From Myxococcota bacterium (lineage in GTDB: Bacteria; Myxococcota_A; UBA9160; SMWR01), in contig JAKVBI010000014.1 in assembly GCA_022447545.1 (NCBI GenBank), positions 34,336 to 98,335 of the forward strand: a stretch of DNA of 64,000 nucleotides. Reading direction: 5' to 3'. The number at the start of each line of letters is the position of its first letter. Within the stretch, counting starts at the first letter, position 1. Under the pieces are notes generated by a model, which searched no databases, was not told the DNA's origin, and saw only the letters and a list, made by a program, of their open reading frames with translations. The translations under genes and the position numbers were made by a program. Below are positions 47,583 through 56,989 of this stretch, one piece after another.

Positions 47583-48383
47583 TCAAGTTCCGGGGTCACG
47601 GCAGGCCTGAGTGATCCCCGTTTTCGTGTCGAAGGTGTCGAGATCGTTGGATCGAATCATCGACTGCAGGGTCTTCACGTAGGTGTTTCCTCGTGCCGAA
47701 TAGTTCTCCAGGCCATTGGCCATGGCGAGACCTGAGGGGGCTTTGCCTTGGCTCCGCTCTACCGATCGAATTTTTCGCAAGGACCGGTAAGACGGATTCG
47801 TATTGAGATTTTCAACGAAAGCCGCCACGGACTGCTGGGCTCCCTCAAATCGCCGAACTTCGTACTCGCCCCCACTCGGTCTCTTGTGCGGCACCATCCC
47901 GCAATTCTTCCGATAGCACCACTGCCCGAAGTAGTTGTTTCCCTCCCTGGAGAAACGCGAAGTGCCCCAGGCGGATTCGTTGGCCGCCTGTGCCAGAGCC
48001 AACGATGCTGGCACCACGTCGACGCGTAAGAGAAGGTCTTCAAAGAGCGAGGCATCCACAGCTTCGGTTCGCAATCCGTAGGCTGTCGACAACTTTTCGA
48101 TGAACTTCAACTCCGATGGATCGAGGGGGTGCGCCTCCGCTGCTTTTTTTCTGATTTTTTGGAGCTGCTTTCTCTGCTGAATTAGTTGTGCGTTTTTGTC
48201 TGCAATCATCGGAGCGAGATAACAGAAGAATCTGAGCTTTCGCTCGTCTGTGTCCGCGATGGAGGCGAAGTCAGGGGCTTGCTCGACTTCCTGCATCGCG
48301 CAGTGGAGGGAAAACACGAGTGCCAGGGCGATGCTCTCCGTGCGGTGGATGCGCATTCGCCGCGCTTGTTTACTTTCAGTCAT
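47583..48383 (-). CDS. Bax-like glucosaminidase-domain protein
   Basis: ALAQAANESAWGTSRFSREGNNYFGQWCY matches the mannosyl-glycoprotein endo-beta-N-acetylglucosaminidase-like domain. ATG 48383 follows AGAGGA (alternative ATG at 48419). Confidence 0.75.
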   Translation of the reverse strand: MTESKQARRMRIHRTESIALALVFSLHCAMQEVEQAPDFASIADTDERKLRFFCYLAPMIADKNAQLIQQRKQLQKIRKKAAEAHPLDPSELKFIEKLSTAYGLRTEAVDASLFEDLLLRVDVVPASLALAQAANESAWGTSRFSREGNNYFGQWCYRKNCGMVPHKRPSGGEYEVRRFEGAQQSVAAFVENLNTNPSYRSLRKIRSVERSQGKAPSGLAMANGLENYSARGNTYVKTLQSMIRSNDLDTFDTKTGITQACRDPGT

Positions 48384-48427
48384 CGGTATCCTCTGAGGCA
48401 GGTGACGGCGAGTAGTCATTTGGTTTC

Positions 48428-49573
48428 TCAGATGGGTTCGGGTTCACCTCGAGGAATATTCTGGAACTCGCGATGGATTTTCGTCACGCCTCTCCACAAC
48501 AGCACGGCCCAAGCGGTAAGGGCCAGAGCCACCCACCCCTTGGGAAGCAGGGCGAAGGCTCCGATCCAGATTCCTGCGAAAGCAAGGATGCGCGGGATCA
48601 TTCTGGCGGGGTGGGCGGGCGGCTTCTCATTGGCACGGCCGAGAGGGAAGGGTCTTGGTCTTAGGAACCAGCCGTGGGCCATGAGCATCAAGACGAAGAG
48701 GGACCAGGGAGGGGCCTGCTGGTCGAGTTCCGGGGCATCATCGAGTTCCGGTTCCTCGCAGTCTCTTTCGAGACGCGCCTGGATGTTTCGCCAAACGTGA
48801 CCTGGAGTGGGTCGCGATATGGCACCTCCCACGTTCTGACGAGTCGGGCGGCAGCGCCAGCGGTAGAGAACACGTCCTTCGGGGGTTAGCGCGAGGACGG
48901 CGGGTTGTAAGTATCCCTTGGGGTGTGAGGCCCATGAACGGAACTTCAGAAGTCCTTGGGACCGGCTTACGAACAGACTCAGCCAGCCGCGTTCTCGGCA
49001 GGTATCGATGATTTCGTGATGAGGGTCCCCGATACAGGAAAAACCGTGGCCCCACGCTTCCTCGGCCTCCGTTGCGAGGCTCTGGGGTTCGCTCGTGATT
49101 GCGTAGATTTCGCCACCGTCTCTTCGGATCTGGTCGACGACGCCTGATTTGCCATAGCCTCGCAACTCGAGGCGACAGGGAGGTCACCAGAATCCGCGAT
49201 AGAAGACGAGCACCGTGAATGCGTGCTTCTGTAATTGGTCGTCGAGCCAACCCTTTCTCACACCGGAGGGTGGGTCGAGTTCCGGAGGGATGCCGCCTTC
49301 CCCAAGTTTGGCCGAAGTGATACGGAATTCCTCACCCGTGATTTGAACGAGTACCTGCTCCCGGAGACAGATGTCCCCATCGCACAGCACCAATCCGAGT
49401 TCCATTTCTTGATCGGGATACGCATCCAAAGCCAGGTCGGCATTCACCAGTCCGGTCACCTCGAACTGTGCACCGCGCTTTTCGTTCACCCAAGCCAGGG
49501 CCGCTTCGGCAGCAGGCTTCAACTCGGGCGGAATCTCCGTGATGGCTTCCGGCACGTGGACCCCCGGGAACAA
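48428..49573 (-). CDS. PRX-like2 (AhpC/TSA-type) thioredoxin-fold protein with in-frame TGA in a UxxC motif, fused to a C-terminal membrane domain (candidate selenoprotein)
   Basis: ORFs 49184..49573 and 48428..49165 are in the same frame, joined by TGA 49186-49184: ...HAFTVLVFYRGFW-TGA-PPCRLELRGYGKSGV...ITSEPQS...GDPHHEII...LQPAVLALTPEGRVLY. The beta1 strand lies before the TGA and the rest of the fold after it. The C-terminus has 3 TM-like segments. Confidence 0.65.
49157..49173 (-). promoter_or_regulatory. SECIS-like hairpin 10 nt downstream of the in-frame UGA
   Basis: On the minus-strand RNA: GCCUCG-AGUUG-CGAGGC, a 6-bp stem with a 5-nt loop containing GU. The loop G/U sit about 21-22 nt from the U of UGA. 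Confidence 0.45.
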
Positions 49574-49869
49574 TGTTTCGGCATCATAACGAATCCAGGG
49601 AACGCGACGGATCTCTCAGCGTGTCGTGCCCCTGAGGGCGATGTGTTTCCGGGATCGAGGAGGGGCTTTGTCCGGAAATGCTTCGATTCGCGCGTGTGCG
49701 GGCGCTCTTGAACCATATCCCTCGGGTAGATCCGAGACATCGGATTCCATGAGTTGGAGGCGTCGGGGCGTCGAAATGTGATTCGGCTACAATCATTTCC
49801 CAAAAGTGACGGGTATCGTGATCGCGTTCCACGCTGCGATGCCGGTCTGGGAACCTTGTCGAAAGAGGC

Positions 49870-50655
49870 ATGCAACCGCCCCAGGACGTGTATTTTTCCA
49901 TCGTGGTACCGGCCTACAACGAGGCCGAGCGGTTGCCTGAGACCCTTTCTCGGATGGCGCGGTATCTGACGTCGAAACCCTTCTCCTCGGAGTTGATCGT
50001 CGTCGATGACGGCAGTACGGATGGAACTTTCCTCACCGTTCAACAGCTGGCGGCGAGACTTCCGGTGCCGATTGCGGCCTACCGTTACGAGAAGAATCGC
50101 GGCAAGGGATTTGCGCTCAAGGTCGGGTTCGAGAAGGCCGTGGGACGTTATCAGCTCTTCACCGATGCGGATCTTTCCACTCCCATCGAGGAGGCCGATC
50201 GTTTTCTCGAAGCACTCGAATCTGGCATTGGTCTCGTGGTGGGCTCGCGCAGGATGCAGGGAGCAGAGGTGGTGGTCCGACAACCCTGGCTTAGAGAATC
50301 GATGGGGGTGGTCTTCACCGCGATGGTGAGGCATCTGTTCGTGGATGTTTCGGATATCACTTGCGGGTTCAAGGGATTTCGAGCGGACGTGGCAACGGAG
50401 ATTTTTCCTCGTCTGCGGATCGCTGACTGGAGCTTTGACGCGGAGCTGCTCTTCTTGGCGCACCGTTTCGGTTTTCCCATTCGCGAAGTGCCTGTTCGGT
50501 GGCGGAATCACTCGGATACGAAAGTGGCGATTCTGCGTGCCTCGATCATGTCGCTATGGGGATTGCTACTCATTCGTTTGAATTCACTTCGCGGCGTGTA
50601 TCGTGAACCATTGGGCACGGAAATCGATGTCGAAGAGTGGCGCTCGTCCGGCTGA
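49870..50655 (+). CDS. family 2 glycosyltransferase (polyprenyl-phosphate sugar synthase-like)
   Basis: FSIVVPAYNEAERL, VVDDGSTDGT and TDADLSTP (DxD) motifs. Confidence 0.85.
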   Translation: MQPPQDVYFSIVVPAYNEAERLPETLSRMARYLTSKPFSSELIVVDDGSTDGTFLTVQQLAARLPVPIAAYRYEKNRGKGFALKVGFEKAVGRYQLFTDADLSTPIEEADRFLEALESGIGLVVGSRRMQGAEVVVRQPWLRESMGVVFTAMVRHLFVDVSDITCGFKGFRADVATEIFPRLRIADWSFDAELLFLAHRFGFPIREVPVRWRNHSDTKVAILRASIMSLWGLLLIRLNSLRGVYREPLGTEIDVEEWRSSG

Positions 50656-50707
50656 ATAGGGCAAGCAAGCCTGGGCGAGAATTGGCTGGCAGAGTAGGTT
50701 TTGGTCC

Positions 50708-51568
50708 ATGGGTTTCGATGTACTGATTCGCCGGGGGGAACCGGTTCCTTTTGGTTCGGATTGCGGACTTCCATGGGGCGATCCCGGATTCAGTCGACGG
50801 ATGCTGAGGGAACATCTCTCTCAGCTTCACGACCGAGGCAGTCGCCGGTTCGAGATTGTCGACCAGCAGGTGGCATGGATCCATCAGGTCGTGCTCCGAG
50901 GGGAGCCTGGCCGTGTTCTCGATCTCGGTTGTGGGCCGGGTCTCTATACCAGCCGTCTTGCTCGACTGGGCCACCAATGCACGGGCTTGGATATCGCTCC
51001 GGCTGCCATCGATTTTGCGAAGAGAGAGGCTGAGGAGTCTGGCCTCGACTGTACCTACGAGCGGGTGGATCTGCGGTCGGCAACACTCGGCCAGGGCTTT
51101 GATGCGGTGTTGATGGTCTTCGGAGAGTTCAACTCTTTGCCGCCCACGGATGCTGAATCATTGCTTCACCGGGTAGGGTCGGCTCTATCTCGTTCCGGCA
51201 GACTCCTTCTTGAATTGCAATTCTACGACTACGTGCGCGCCCTCGGCCAGGAGGGTTCAAACTGGGCCATCCAACCTGCCGGCGTTTTCTCGGACTTCCC
51301 TCATCTCGTTCTCCAAGAGAGTCATTGGCATGCCGACGCCGAAGCAACGACCCAACGGTATATGGTTTTGACGGATGAGAGCGTTCCCGAGATCTATTCT
51401 CATACCACGAGGGCCTATTCGGACGGAGAGCTCGATGAGATGTTGAGCGGCGCGGGTCTCACCATTGCGGGCCGTTACGAATCGCTCTCCGGGGACTCTG
51501 GAACGGAAGCCGAACTCTTTGGGCTCGTCGCTGAGCCTCTGTCCGAGATTGAAGACCCCTGTGATTAG
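50708..51568 (+). CDS. class I SAM-dependent methyltransferase
   Basis: VLDLGCGPGLYTSRLARLG (motif I) and FDAVLMVFGEF. Confidence 0.8.
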   Translation: MGFDVLIRRGEPVPFGSDCGLPWGDPGFSRRMLREHLSQLHDRGSRRFEIVDQQVAWIHQVVLRGEPGRVLDLGCGPGLYTSRLARLGHQCTGLDIAPAAIDFAKREAEESGLDCTYERVDLRSATLGQGFDAVLMVFGEFNSLPPTDAESLLHRVGSALSRSGRLLLELQFYDYVRALGQEGSNWAIQPAGVFSDFPHLVLQESHWHADAEATTQRYMVLTDESVPEIYSHTTRAYSDGELDEMLSGAGLTIAGRYESLSGDSGTEAELFGLVAEPLSEIEDPCD

Positions 51569-51601
51569 GGGGATGTCGTGCACGGTTCGTTCGGTGCTGA
51601 C

Positions 51602-52369
51602 TCAGGCTTCGGGAGGTGTCCAGTGGGTGGGACCTGCCATGAAACCACCATCGACGAGCAATGCAGTGCCCGTGCAATAGCTGCTTTCATCCGACGCGAG
51701 GAAGAGGGCAGCGCGTGCGATCTCATCGGGGTCTGCCAGGCGGCTCAGGGGAAGGAATCCGTAGTCGACCGCGCGTCGCTCGGATGCTGGGCCGATCATG
51801 TCGGTGTCGACACCACCGGGATGAAGAGAGTTGACCCTGATCGAATGCTCCGCGAGTTCGATGGCGGCTGTCCGGCTCATCCCGGTAATGGCATGTTTGC
51901 TCGCAGCGTAACCGATCATCTGGGGAACACCTTCCAGGCCTCCCGTCGAGGAGACATTGACGATGGATCCTCCACCACTTCGGGCCATCAGAGCTCCTGC
52001 GTGGCGCATTCCGAGAAAACAACCGACCTGGTTGACTTGAATCACGGCGAGATAGTCGTCGAGAGAGGTCTCCAGGAGTGGAGCGGAACGGGCGATTCCT
52101 GCATTGTTGATCAGTACATCCAATCCGCCGAAACGGGATTCGATCTCGGTCACGCAGGCCAACCATTTACTCTCATCGGACACGTCCAAGGGGTAGGCAG
52201 TAGCTCCATCACCGATCTCGTTGGTGAGTTCGGAAAGGGCGTCTTCAAGGATGTCGGTTGCGATGACCGTCGCCCCCTCGCGGACGAAGAGCCGAGCTTC
52301 TGCAGCTCCTTGTCCGCGAGCCGCTCCGGTGATCAGCGCGACCTTGTGATCCAGACGTCCCTTCGGCAT
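51602..52369 (-). CDS. SDR-family oxidoreductase
   Basis: ATG 52369 gives MPKGRLDHKVALITGAARGQGAA. NNAGI and YAASKHAITGM (YxxxK) motifs. The longer GTG 52483 start is unlikely. Confidence 0.85.
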   Translation of the reverse strand: MPKGRLDHKVALITGAARGQGAAEARLFVREGATVIATDILEDALSELTNEIGDGATAYPLDVSDESKWLACVTEIESRFGGLDVLINNAGIARSAPLLETSLDDYLAVIQVNQVGCFLGMRHAGALMARSGGGSIVNVSSTGGLEGVPQMIGYAASKHAITGMSRTAAIELAEHSIRVNSLHPGGVDTDMIGPASERRAVDYGFLPLSRLADPDEIARAALFLASDESSYCTGTALLVDGGFMAGPTHWTPPEA

Positions 52370-52406
52370 GAGGGAGACGCTACCATGACTGACCTGCGAG
52401 GAATAG

Positions 52407-53555
52407 ATGACGAAACCTTCCGAGAAGAAGGCGACACTCGACGATCTGGCTTCCGGCCTCTGTGCTTGGGTCGAGCGTTCCACTGATGCAGAGGTGATCC
52501 GTGCTGAACCGCACGTGGGCGGGAATCATCGGATTGCCTGGCAGGTGGACGTGGGGAACGACAGCCGATCGTCTCGAGATCTCTTTCTCACTCTGGACGC
52601 TCCGGATGCGGGAGGTGACGGTGGGAATGCAAGGGATGCTGCGGTTCTGGCTGCCTTGGCTGAAACCTCGATCCCAGTCCCCAAACTCGTCGCGCGGGAC
52701 GGACCGGGCGGGGCCCTTCTTATGGAGCGAGTCATGGGACACTCCGATGCTCCACAAGGGGAGGATCTCGAGCCCGTGATGGGTGATCTGATGCGTCAGA
52801 TGGTCGCAATCCACCGTGTGAGACCTGAGGTGCTGGCCATTCCCGAATTTTCGGTGCCGAGCACGCCCGAAGGCCTGGCGCTCGATCAATTGAAAACGGT
52901 GGAGTCGAACTATCTTGAAACACCCGAGGCGCATCACCCGATAGTTGACTTTGGGTTGGGTTGGCTTCGACGCAACGTACCTCGCAACCCGGATGGCCCT
53001 GTTCTGGTCCACGCCGATATCGGTCCGGGAAATGTCATCTACGCTGATGGGGTAATCCGAGCCATCGTGGATTGGGAGATCTCGCACTGGGGTGACCCGG
53101 TGGAGGACCTCGCAACCCTCAGTGTTCGAGATATGTCAACGCCGGTCGGGTCTCTGAAACGACGTCTGGCTCAATACGAGGTCGAACTTGGAGGTTCAGT
53201 CGATCTCGATCGCTTCCGCTACTACCGGGCACTCGTTCTCGTCAGAAACAGTCTTTTGATCTGTCTCACTCTCGCGAAGACAGCAGTATCCGATCTTCCC
53301 CCTCAGTTGGAGGCCTTTGCGTTGCTTCTACGCCGCGCGGCCGCTCAAGCCTTGGCCGAGGCATCTCGACTGCCTTTCGTGAGAAATGATGGGTTGTCGC
53401 CAGCCTCGATTCCCGATCTTCCGACGGGAAGTCTCGAGAACGATGAGGTCTGGATTCCAGCGCTGGCTGCCCATGCACAAGCGGATTGTTCAAAAAATCG
53501 CGATTTGATGGGGCCGCTCGCGAATTGCTGGCTGCAAGCGGTACCCGAATCGTGA
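52407..53555 (+). CDS. aminoglycoside-phosphotransferase (APH)-fold kinase family protein
   Basis: VLVHADIGPGNVIY...IVDWEISHWGDPVEDLA is the Brenner/APH catalytic loop plus DxE-type motif. Confidence 0.8.
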   Translation: MTKPSEKKATLDDLASGLCAWVERSTDAEVIRAEPHVGGNHRIAWQVDVGNDSRSSRDLFLTLDAPDAGGDGGNARDAAVLAALAETSIPVPKLVARDGPGGALLMERVMGHSDAPQGEDLEPVMGDLMRQMVAIHRVRPEVLAIPEFSVPSTPEGLALDQLKTVESNYLETPEAHHPIVDFGLGWLRRNVPRNPDGPVLVHADIGPGNVIYADGVIRAIVDWEISHWGDPVEDLATLSVRDMSTPVGSLKRRLAQYEVELGGSVDLDRFRYYRALVLVRNSLLICLTLAKTAVSDLPPQLEAFALLLRRAAAQALAEASRLPFVRNDGLSPASIPDLPTGSLENDEVWIPALAAHAQADCSKNRDLMGPLANCWLQAVPES

Positions 53556-54475
53556 TCGACCACTCGATGCACGACTCTTTCCATCCGGTTACGAGTGATG
53601 ATCCCGCTTGGATCGAAACTTTGTGGTTTCCCTTCTGGATCCCCGCTCGGGGGATGAGTGTCTATGTGCGCGTCGTCTTTCAGCCCAACGGTGCGTCTTA
53701 CGGAGGCAACGTCGCGGTCTGGTCTGGGACCAATGGGCTTCATTTTGACGCCTCCATGTCCGGTAGCTTTCAGCAACTGGCGGATTTGGGAGATCTTCGT
53801 TCACTCGTGCTCCCGGACGGATTGAGTCTCGACTGTCTTGCACCGGCCGAGCGTTACAGGCTGCGCTACGAGCACGCAGACTGCGAAATCGACGTGGTAT
53901 TCAATGCACTCGCAGTGCCCACTTATCCGGCTCCCGACGATTCTCCAGGGATGTTTGCTGGTCATCTCGACCAGCACGGACAAGTGACGGGTCGGCTCCG
54001 GCTCTTCGATGAAACGATGGATGTCGATTGCTGGACCGTCCGCGACCGGTCTTGGGGGCCGAGGGTGGTTCGCAGCGATTTGCGTATCGGGAATGCCCAT
54101 GGAAGCGCGAATGATCAGGCATTCTTCGCCTACATCCAGCAGGACGAGGCCGGTCGAGAAGTCATTCGGGGAGGAACTCTTTTTCGAGATGGTAGGCAGG
54201 CAGAGTTGGTGGAGGGAGAGCGACGTACAACCTGGGTGGACGGCTGGCCTGCGGAGCTGAGAATCGAAGCAAAAGACAGTATTGGTCGGGCGCTGGTGGC
54301 GGATGGCATATGTCGGAACCGCCGGAGTGTGGTTGCAAACCCGGAGCTCTATGCTCTGCTCAATTTGTCCGAGTGGAGCGTCGGAAAGGCGCGACTTTGG
54401 GGCGAGAATCACGACGTATGGTCGCGCACGGCGTGGCTGGCTGCGGGACGTGAGCCGCTCGAGGCTGGGAATTGA
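53552..54475 (+). CDS. hypothetical protein (beta-rich), coupled to the upstream kinase gene
   Basis: GTG 53552 overlaps the kinase stop (GTGA). IETLWFPFWIPARGMSVYVRVVF... has high GC3. No family recognised. Confidence 0.6.
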   Translation: MIDHSMHDSFHPVTSDDPAWIETLWFPFWIPARGMSVYVRVVFQPNGASYGGNVAVWSGTNGLHFDASMSGSFQQLADLGDLRSLVLPDGLSLDCLAPAERYRLRYEHADCEIDVVFNALAVPTYPAPDDSPGMFAGHLDQHGQVTGRLRLFDETMDVDCWTVRDRSWGPRVVRSDLRIGNAHGSANDQAFFAYIQQDEAGREVIRGGTLFRDGRQAELVEGERRTTWVDGWPAELRIEAKDSIGRALVADGICRNRRSVVANPELYALLNLSEWSVGKARLWGENHDVWSRTAWLAAGREPLEAGN

Positions 54476-54476
54476 T

Positions 54477-55352
54477 GTGAAACGAGTGGCTCTGGTGACT
54501 GGATGCTCGGGTGGAATCGGATACTCGATTGCTGAGGCCTTGGCGAGGGAAAGCTGGAGTGTCTACGCAGGATCGCGCTCGCCAGATGCCGACGGGGCAC
54601 TTGCCGAGGCAGGTTGCACTCTCGTGCAACTCGATGTTCGAGATGAATCCCAGTGCCGGTCTGCAGTTTCCAGGGCCGAGGCGGAAAAGGGATCTATCGA
54701 CGCTCTCGTGAACAATGCAGGCTTTGGTCTGCATGGTGCAGTCGAAGACACCTCTCTGAGTGATGCGCGTCAGCAGTTTGAGACCAACTTTTTTTCCATC
54801 GCGCGTTTGTGTCAACTCGTGCTCCCCGCAATGCGTGCATCTGGTGGTGGGCATATCATCAACATGAGCAGCATGGGCGGTCGGGTCACTTTTCCCGGAG
54901 GTGCTTTCTATCACGCTTCGAAGCACGCTTTGGAGGCCTTCAGTGATGCTTTGCGTTTCGAAACCAAGGGTTTTGGTGTCAACGTGGTGATCGTCGAGCC
55001 GGGACCGGTCCGGAGCGCCTTTGGTTCGACGGGCATCGGGACAATGACAGGGAGCACCGGCGAGCCCGCCTATCGAGCGTTCCGCGAAAGCATCGTGGCA
55101 GGTCTGAGGTCGACCTTTCAGGGGCCCGGTAGCGAGCGGTCGTCTTCTCCCGAAGAAGTTGCAGCAGTCTGTCTGCATGCTCTCAGTGAGCGTGAGCCAG
55201 CTTCTCGGTACGTGGTGGGTGAAATGGCAGAATTGCTCATCGAGCAGCGGTTCGCAGGGGGGGATTCAGCATGGGACGAATTCCTCGAAGGCCTCTATCC
55301 ACGGCCTGGTGGAGACCGGTCCGGGTCGACGGGAACGACGGATTCTGCATGA
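54477..55352 (+). CDS. SDR-family oxidoreductase
   Basis: GTG 54477 lies 1 nt after the preceding stop. VALVTGCSGGIGYSIA, VNNAG and YHASKHALEAF motifs. Confidence 0.85.
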   Translation: MKRVALVTGCSGGIGYSIAEALARESWSVYAGSRSPDADGALAEAGCTLVQLDVRDESQCRSAVSRAEAEKGSIDALVNNAGFGLHGAVEDTSLSDARQQFETNFFSIARLCQLVLPAMRASGGGHIINMSSMGGRVTFPGGAFYHASKHALEAFSDALRFETKGFGVNVVIVEPGPVRSAFGSTGIGTMTGSTGEPAYRAFRESIVAGLRSTFQGPGSERSSSPEEVAAVCLHALSEREPASRYVVGEMAELLIEQRFAGGDSAWDEFLEGLYPRPGGDRSGSTGTTDSA

Positions 55353-55576
55353 TGCGCCGGGTTCGGAGACTGGCCTGCATCTCGTCGGTTAGGAATCCCA
55401 TCATGGTGCTCGGGACCGTCAGGACCTTCGTAAATCTCTGAGAGATGGGTCTTTAGACCGCAGGAATTCGCGCTCGTTTCATCAAACTCGCGCGTGCCGT
55501 TTTACATTCGATGATGCGGTTGTTGAACCACCGCGGGAACCAGATCCCAGCGCGATCAGGAGGATCCCGCGGAATC

Positions 55577-56758
55577 TCAGGTCTTTGGTTTGGATATGAG
55601 ATCAGAGAAGAACGAACTCAAGGACTCCGCATGGCTCCGCCACGAGAAATGGCCGGCGCGTTCGACTGCGGCTCGCTTCATGTCTTCCGTCGAGCCGTGG
55701 TCTTCCATGACCTTTCGTATCGAATCGGCGCAGGCCCGATGGTCGAAGGGAGCAAAGTAAGAAGCGGCATCCTGTAGGATCTCCCGATTGACGTCGGTAT
55801 CGGCCGCGACACTGGGCAGGCCACTGGCCATGGCTTCGACCATAGGATGGCCGAAGGACTCCAGAAACGTCGGCCAGAAATGGATATCGGCCGCGGCATA
55901 GATCGCGTGGAGTTGTGGCCAAGCCAGTTGGCCGGGCATGTAGACGTGTTCTTCGATGCCGAGTTCTCGGATTCGCTGCAGCATGGCGTCGAATTCAGCC
56001 ATTTCGCCGAATGGTTTCCACGAAGCCGTGAGTACGAGGCCGAGATCGATCCCTTCGTCCAGTAAGCGGGCCAGGCTCTCAATGCCGGTTTCGAAATTCT
56101 TGTGAACCGCGTACCCCGACACATAGAGGAGGATGCGACGTCCCGATGCCCTCCAGGCTTGGATGGGCTCCAGGATGCTTGGTTCGGGCTGGTCGCCGCT
56201 GAAGAATAGTTGCCGATCGAAGCCGTAATGGAGGACTCGCGTCGTCTTTCGTTTCAGCGAAACGAACCTTTGCACCCTCTTCTCCATTGCCTTGGTGGGG
56301 AATAGAGCGGCATTCGCGGCTCGGACGGACAAGGCGCTCCAGGTGCGGCGCAGAGTCAGGTCGCGGGTGGATCGCCCCAGTTCTCGCAGGCGTTGTTCCA
56401 GGGAGCGGGAGAAGTAGACGGGGTTTCGGATCAGCAGTGCTTCTGGCCGGTGGTTTACGAGGGAACCGAAACCATTGGAGGAAAAAAGGAGATCCGCGCC
56501 ATAGCGCCGGGCAATCATAGGTACGTGTACTTGGTCGAAGGTGATTCTTCGCGCCAGTTGTACCGGCGGATAGGGGTAGCTTTCGAATTCGAAGCGCGGG
56601 TCTTGGAGAACATCAGCGAGGCGGTCCAGGGTCGGCTGAGGAGCGATCACCAGGAAGTGATCGTCGTTTTCGAGCGCGGCCATATTGGGGAGGAGGTTGG
56701 TGAGGTGTGTCACAGCGCCGCCTTGGTTGGCTGCTGCTGCGTTTATGCAGATCCTCAT
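55577..56758 (-). CDS. GT-B-fold glycosyltransferase (family 4/1-like)
   Basis: MRICINAAAANQGG... N-domain. C-domain has IHFWPTFLESFGHPMVEAMASGLPSVAAD (E-x7-E-type motif). Confidence 0.85.
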   Translation of the reverse strand: MRICINAAAANQGGAVTHLTNLLPNMAALENDDHFLVIAPQPTLDRLADVLQDPRFEFESYPYPPVQLARRITFDQVHVPMIARRYGADLLFSSNGFGSLVNHRPEALLIRNPVYFSRSLEQRLRELGRSTRDLTLRRTWSALSVRAANAALFPTKAMEKRVQRFVSLKRKTTRVLHYGFDRQLFFSGDQPEPSILEPIQAWRASGRRILLYVSGYAVHKNFETGIESLARLLDEGIDLGLVLTASWKPFGEMAEFDAMLQRIRELGIEEHVYMPGQLAWPQLHAIYAAADIHFWPTFLESFGHPMVEAMASGLPSVAADTDVNREILQDAASYFAPFDHRACADSIRKVMEDHGSTEDMKRAAVERAGHFSWRSHAESLSSFFSDLISKPKT

Positions 56759-56989
56759 GTCTTTGGCCCACTCCACGCCTGTATGCGCTCGGACGGCGTA
56801 TGTTGATTTCGTGGGGGGCTCGCTATTTGGCGAGTCGGTCTCCGGGCGAAGACTCTACCATGGATCTGCGGGGATGAGTTGGGCCCACCGATAGGTCTCT
56901 CCTCGAGGGGAGCGCGTTTGGCAACCTTGGAGGTTCGAGGCGCGTCGTAGACCGCGCGGTGCTGGCGTTTCACGATGAGCGCTCGTCCA

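Noticed and set aside
49519-50511. 330-aa minus-strand ORF
   Set aside because: It is antisense to the GT2 glycosyltransferase gene and has Arg/His-rich composition.
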